Source: Thermoanaerobaculia bacterium (lineage in GTDB: Bacteria > Acidobacteriota > Thermoanaerobaculia > Multivoradales > Multivoraceae). Taken from it: a DNA stretch of 64,000 bases. Both the position numbers and the translations under genes were made by a program. This document shows positions 60,291 through 64,000 of the stretch, in pieces (positions within the stretch are counted from its first letter, which is position 1; each line of letters starts with the position of its first letter). The stretch spans positions 544,001 to 608,000 of the forward strand of contig OY761158.1 in the NCBI GenBank assembly GCA_963664405.1, in the 5' to 3' direction. The notes under the pieces are model-generated. The model was not told the DNA's origin. It searched no databases and worked only from the letters and a program-made list of their open reading frames with translations.

Positions 60291-61033
60291 CAGTCTGCCT
60301 GCGGCAGCTCTATGGCGAGCACCTCGTCGGCGTCCCGGATCTGCCAGATCGCCTCCTCCGGGACAGCGGGCTCGGGAGCGAGATTGTGGATCGGTGGGAT
60401 CGAGCGCAGGTAGGCGAAGATCGAGATCAGATCCTCGTCGGTCAGGTTGCGAATCCACAGCCATGGCATCGGCGGCAGGACGCCCCGACCGGCCCCGCCG
60501 AGGTGTCGCCCCGTGCGAAAGATGTCGAGGAACATCTCCTCGGTCCAGGAGCCGGTGCCGGTCTCGATGTCGGGGGTGAGGTTGAGGGAGTACATGGTGC
60601 CGAAAGGCAGAGCGAAGCTCGTGAAGGTCGGACCGATCAGGGCGATGTCCCCCGGACCGATGGTTCCCTGGGGATCGGGTGCGCCGCTCGGATGCCCCGA
60701 CAGCATGCGGCTCATGTCGGGTCTCGGGGCGCCGATCACCGGATCGAAGTTCCAGGGCGTGTGGCAGTCGTTGCAGCTGCCGAAACGCACCAGGTACTCA
60801 CCACGCTCGATCTGAGCATCGCTGTAGGGGTTCTCGGGTGCCGTGCCTGGGACGACGGGGCCCAAGTCGAATGGTTCCGGTGGTGGCGATGCCTCCGCAT
60901 CCGGTGTTGTTGCCGCGCCGGTGGCGGATTGCTCGGCTGGCCCTCGAGTGCAGGCTATCAACGCCAGGAACAGAATGGTCACGGCGAGTCCGAAAGCTCC
61001 CCCCAGGATGATCTGCACTCTCGTGTTCTTCAT
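60291..61033 (-). CDS. cytochrome c lipoprotein; last few codons displaced by the IS30 composite
   Basis: Lipobox-like ALIAC, RGEYLV..SCNDCHTP, NLTPD.ETG.G.W, PPMPW; native end ...QAD-WARASE* lies at 58325-58346. Confidence 0.85.
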
Positions 61034-61585
61034 CTCCAACAATGTGTATTCAACTCCTCTGAGGCTCCTCGTGGCCGAGGCGAGTTCCTGCTTCCAGAAC
61101 GATGACTTGGCGACATCTTACCCGTCGCCCGTGGGATCAGCGGCTCAGTGCTCGATCTGTGCGGTCGCACCTCACCGAATTTCACGACAGCCCCTCTGTT
61201 CAGAGGCTTATCCGCTTCCGGCTATACGTGTCGTCTCTCGCCACATAAAGCGTCACACTCCTGACGCGAGAAGGATCTCGTACGAGCGGCTTAGGGGGCG
61301 AGACAATCTTCTTTGCGTTCTGTGATCGCCTCGCCGTACGACAGGAAAGCGCTCTCCTCTCGTCCTTCTCCTCAGTGCTCGGTCGGAGCACCAGGCTATA
61401 CTGGCTTCAACGACCAATGACTTCGCGAGCGAGCGGTCTTGTCGTGCTCCTGGTCTCCGTTGGACCGGCGTTAGCTCAGGAGGGCCAACAGGTCCCAGAT
61501 CCGGGCGCCGAGACCCGCGTCGTCCCCTATACAGACCACTTTGGGGATACTCGAGTCGACTACATTATTGGCGGTCGGGCTGACC

Positions 61586-61775
61586 GGAATGGCATTAACA
61601 TCTTCATATAACGTGCGTGGCCAACGGTTAAGCATTGCTTTCCCGCCGCAGCTGCCAACGTGTGACAGCTACGAAATCATTGGGGGTTTCGCCCGCCGAA
61701 GTCTTGCAGCATTGAAGTCACAGCATGACGTAACCGTTGTCGTGATTGGTTTTACGAAGATGTTAATGCCATTCA
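61586..61775. mobile_element. MITE (~190 bp), 22-bp IR GAATGGCATTAACATCTTCRTA, flanking direct repeat GGGCTGACC
   Basis: IR at 61587-61608 and 61753-61774; direct repeat at 61577-61585 and 61776-61784. Confidence 0.85.
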
Positions 61776-61828
61776 GGGCTGACCGCAGCGAAGCCCCCGT
61801 CGTCTGCAATTCCATGACCGGTTGAACC

Positions 61829-63538
61829 ATGATGATTGACGAGTCGGCGTTCTCGGCGTATTTGGACTGCCCATATAAGGCCTTTCTTACATTGCAACAA
61901 CTGACTGGCCCACAGCGCGAATTTCAGAAACTGCGGTCGAGGCTCCACGAGAAACTCCTGTCCCGTGTCGAATCAGAGATCCTTCGGGTAATAACGCCAC
62001 GTACTCTGTCGAGAAAGTCTCGGACGACAGTTTCAGATCTAAGACGAGGATCGCCCCTCATCCTCAACACCGTACTGTCCAGCTCTCAGTTTTCTTGTCG
62101 AGTTGCCGCGCTCCAACGCATAGATGGTCCATCCTCGTTAGGATCCTTCCTTTACACACCAATCCTTTTTCACGAGGATGCGGCGATTACGTCATCTCAG
62201 AAACTTCTTCTAGCATTTGCTGCGAATGTATTGGGCCGGGTTCAAGGATACGAACCGTCGGTTGGGCACATTGTTTCAGGAACGTCATGTACGCTGAAGA
62301 AGGTTTCCCTGAAGGCACTATCCCAACAGGTTGAAGATATCATTAACGAACTCCAGCGGTACTCTTCCCAGATATCGGAACCTCGACAACTCCTAAACTC
62401 GCATTGTCATATTTGCCAGCACCATGACCGATGCGAGTCTGACGCACAGCAAATCGACCATCTAAGCAGGCTCAATCGAATAAGCGCGAGTGAAATCGAC
62501 AAGTTGAATGCCAAGGGGATATTCACCGTTCATCAGTTGTCCCACACGTTTCGGCCACGGAAGCGTCCGAAGCGGCAAGGTGGACGCGACTACATCCCAT
62601 ACCACCATTCGCTGAGAGCCCTCGCGATTCGCGAGCAGAAGATCCACGTCTTTCAGCGTCCACCAAGCGTCTCTGCTACGACTCGCGCCTACATTGACAT
62701 GGAAGGCGACCATGCCGCGCGGCACGTTTACCTAATCGGCCTCTTCCTTATCCGAAATGGGCGCCAACAGTACACGTCGTTCTGGGCCGAGAATCGAGAC
62801 GACGAAGAACGCATCTTCCACGCACTGTTCGACAGACTATCGCGGCTAGACGACTGCCATTTGTTCCACTATGGAAGCTATGACGGGCGTGCGCTAAAGC
62901 GCATGGTTCACTTGGCTCCAACGGAGAGTGTGAAGGAGCTAGTCACGAAGAACACTACCAATGTCCTCACAAACATCTATGCGCAGGTGTATTTCCCGAC
63001 ATACGGCAATCGACTGAAGGACGTTGCTGCGTTCCTCGGGTTTGAGTGGACCTACCCAGATTATTCTGGCATGGAAGCGATCTTGTGGCGACACCTGTGG
63101 GATCTCAGCCACTCCGCACAAATAAAGGCCCTGCTGACCAAATACAACCGTGACGACTGCATGGCATTGAGGCTCGTGCATGAGGCGATCGAAGAAATCG
63201 CGACTGACTCACATGAACCGGTCGCTTGCGTGTCCTCGGAGTCAAATCCGCTGAAAGAGCCGATTGTATCCACAGAATCCCTCATGCACTCATCTGACTA
63301 TAAAGATTGGGGACGAAGGGAGTTTGCGCGAGAAGAGTTTCGTCTTGTGGCCGACAGCGCCTACTTCGACTACCAACGAAACAGAGTCTACGTCCGCACG
63401 AACACAAAGGTGAGACGATATCAGCGACGGTCAAAGAAGCGGAGTGAGAAGGTCACGACTCGCCCGAACAAGATCATTGATTACACTGTCGCAGTGTGTC
63501 CGCGATGCAAGTCCGACCCTCTCTGCCAAGATGCTTGA
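61829..63538 (+). pseudogene. TM0106-family RecB-like nuclease / RNase H-like domain protein, truncated by an IS at ~63524
   Basis: YLDCPYKAFL, LNSHCHICQHHDRC, YIDMEG, HYGSYD, YFPTYGNRLKDVA, YNRDDC; lower GC; ends at CPRC just before the IS end. Confidence 0.75.
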
Positions 63539-64000
63539 GACATCTCGCCACCGCTTAAATAGAGTAGGGCGGAGAGGTGAAACCTGATGTCTGAAGAGAG
63601 GAAGATGCAAGAGATGAGATCAGCAGGCACGTCCATTGCGGTCCGGGGCGAGGAGGAGGTTTCCCAGCTTCCCCCGTGCGCCCAGATGGGGTCCGCGGAG
63701 GCGCCGACGGGCGAGCGTAGCGAGCACGGAGACGCAGCAGCGGGCGCCATCTGGGCGCGGCCGAGCCCTGTGTTGGATCCTGAGGTGGTCGCCAAGCCAA
63801 CGCGGCGAACCTTCACGGCCGAGTACAAGCTGCGAATCCTCGAGGAAGTCGAAGTGGCCACGCCTGGCGACATCGGCGCGATCCTGCGTCGCGAGGGATT
63901 GTACAGCTCACACCTGACGGCCTGGCGCAGGGCACGCAGGACCGGCGCTCTGCGAAGGCTGGGCCGAAGGCGAGGGCGCAAGGCGAAGTCCGGCAATCCG
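63524..64000 (+). mobile_element. IS3-family element left end with orfA (ATG 63587, runs off the window)
   Basis: TGCCAAGATGCTTGAGACA end; [22 protein letters not shown]...[19 protein letters not shown]. Confidence 0.8.

Noticed and set aside
8840-60815. Many long overlapping or antisense ORFs in the ORF track (e.g. 13762..14940, 27212..28366, 54116..55321)
   Set aside because: These are shadow frames of recognised genes, expected at high GC, with no motifs of their own.
61829-63538. Cas4 of a CRISPR system
   Set aside because: No cas1, cas2 or array is present, and the domain layout fits the TM0106 family.
1-64000. tRNA or rRNA genes, including tRNA-Sec
   Set aside because: None were recognised by eye; a tRNAscan-SE/Infernal run would be needed to exclude them.

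Overview
GC-rich bacterial window, probably from an Acidobacteriota-like organism (inferred from gene content only). The first ~21.5 kb looks like one coherent and apparently uncharacterised peptide-signalling/proteolysis locus. It holds two tandem TPR-CHAT (caspase-fold) proteins, one with the His/Cys dyad intact and one with His replaced by Gln, plus an HD-GYP protein. Next is an array of eight tiny ORFs (17-56 aa, 7281-8179, absent from the ORF track) that all end in a Gly followed by exactly eight residues finishing I-[L/M]-E. A C39-peptidase ABC exporter with a peptidase-less partner, a HlyD adaptor, an ECF sigma factor and a soluble anti-sigma-like protein complete the locus. The exporter operon is split by an IS21 that itself carries an ISAzo13-type element. 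The middle of the window is mostly housekeeping (selD fusion, lepA, EVE, msrP, epmB-efp-epmA, clpS-clpA, rpsD) and small enzymes. It includes a peroxiredoxin-like gene with two in-frame TGA codons forming a putative Sec-x-x-Sec motif. The last ~16 kb is an IS hotspot: an IS110/IS1111 element interrupted by a second IS21 copy, an integrase plus IS91-type transposase pair, an IS30/IS3 nested composite, a MITE, and a TM0106-like gene cut by an IS3. Family calls come from recognised motifs only; no database search was run.
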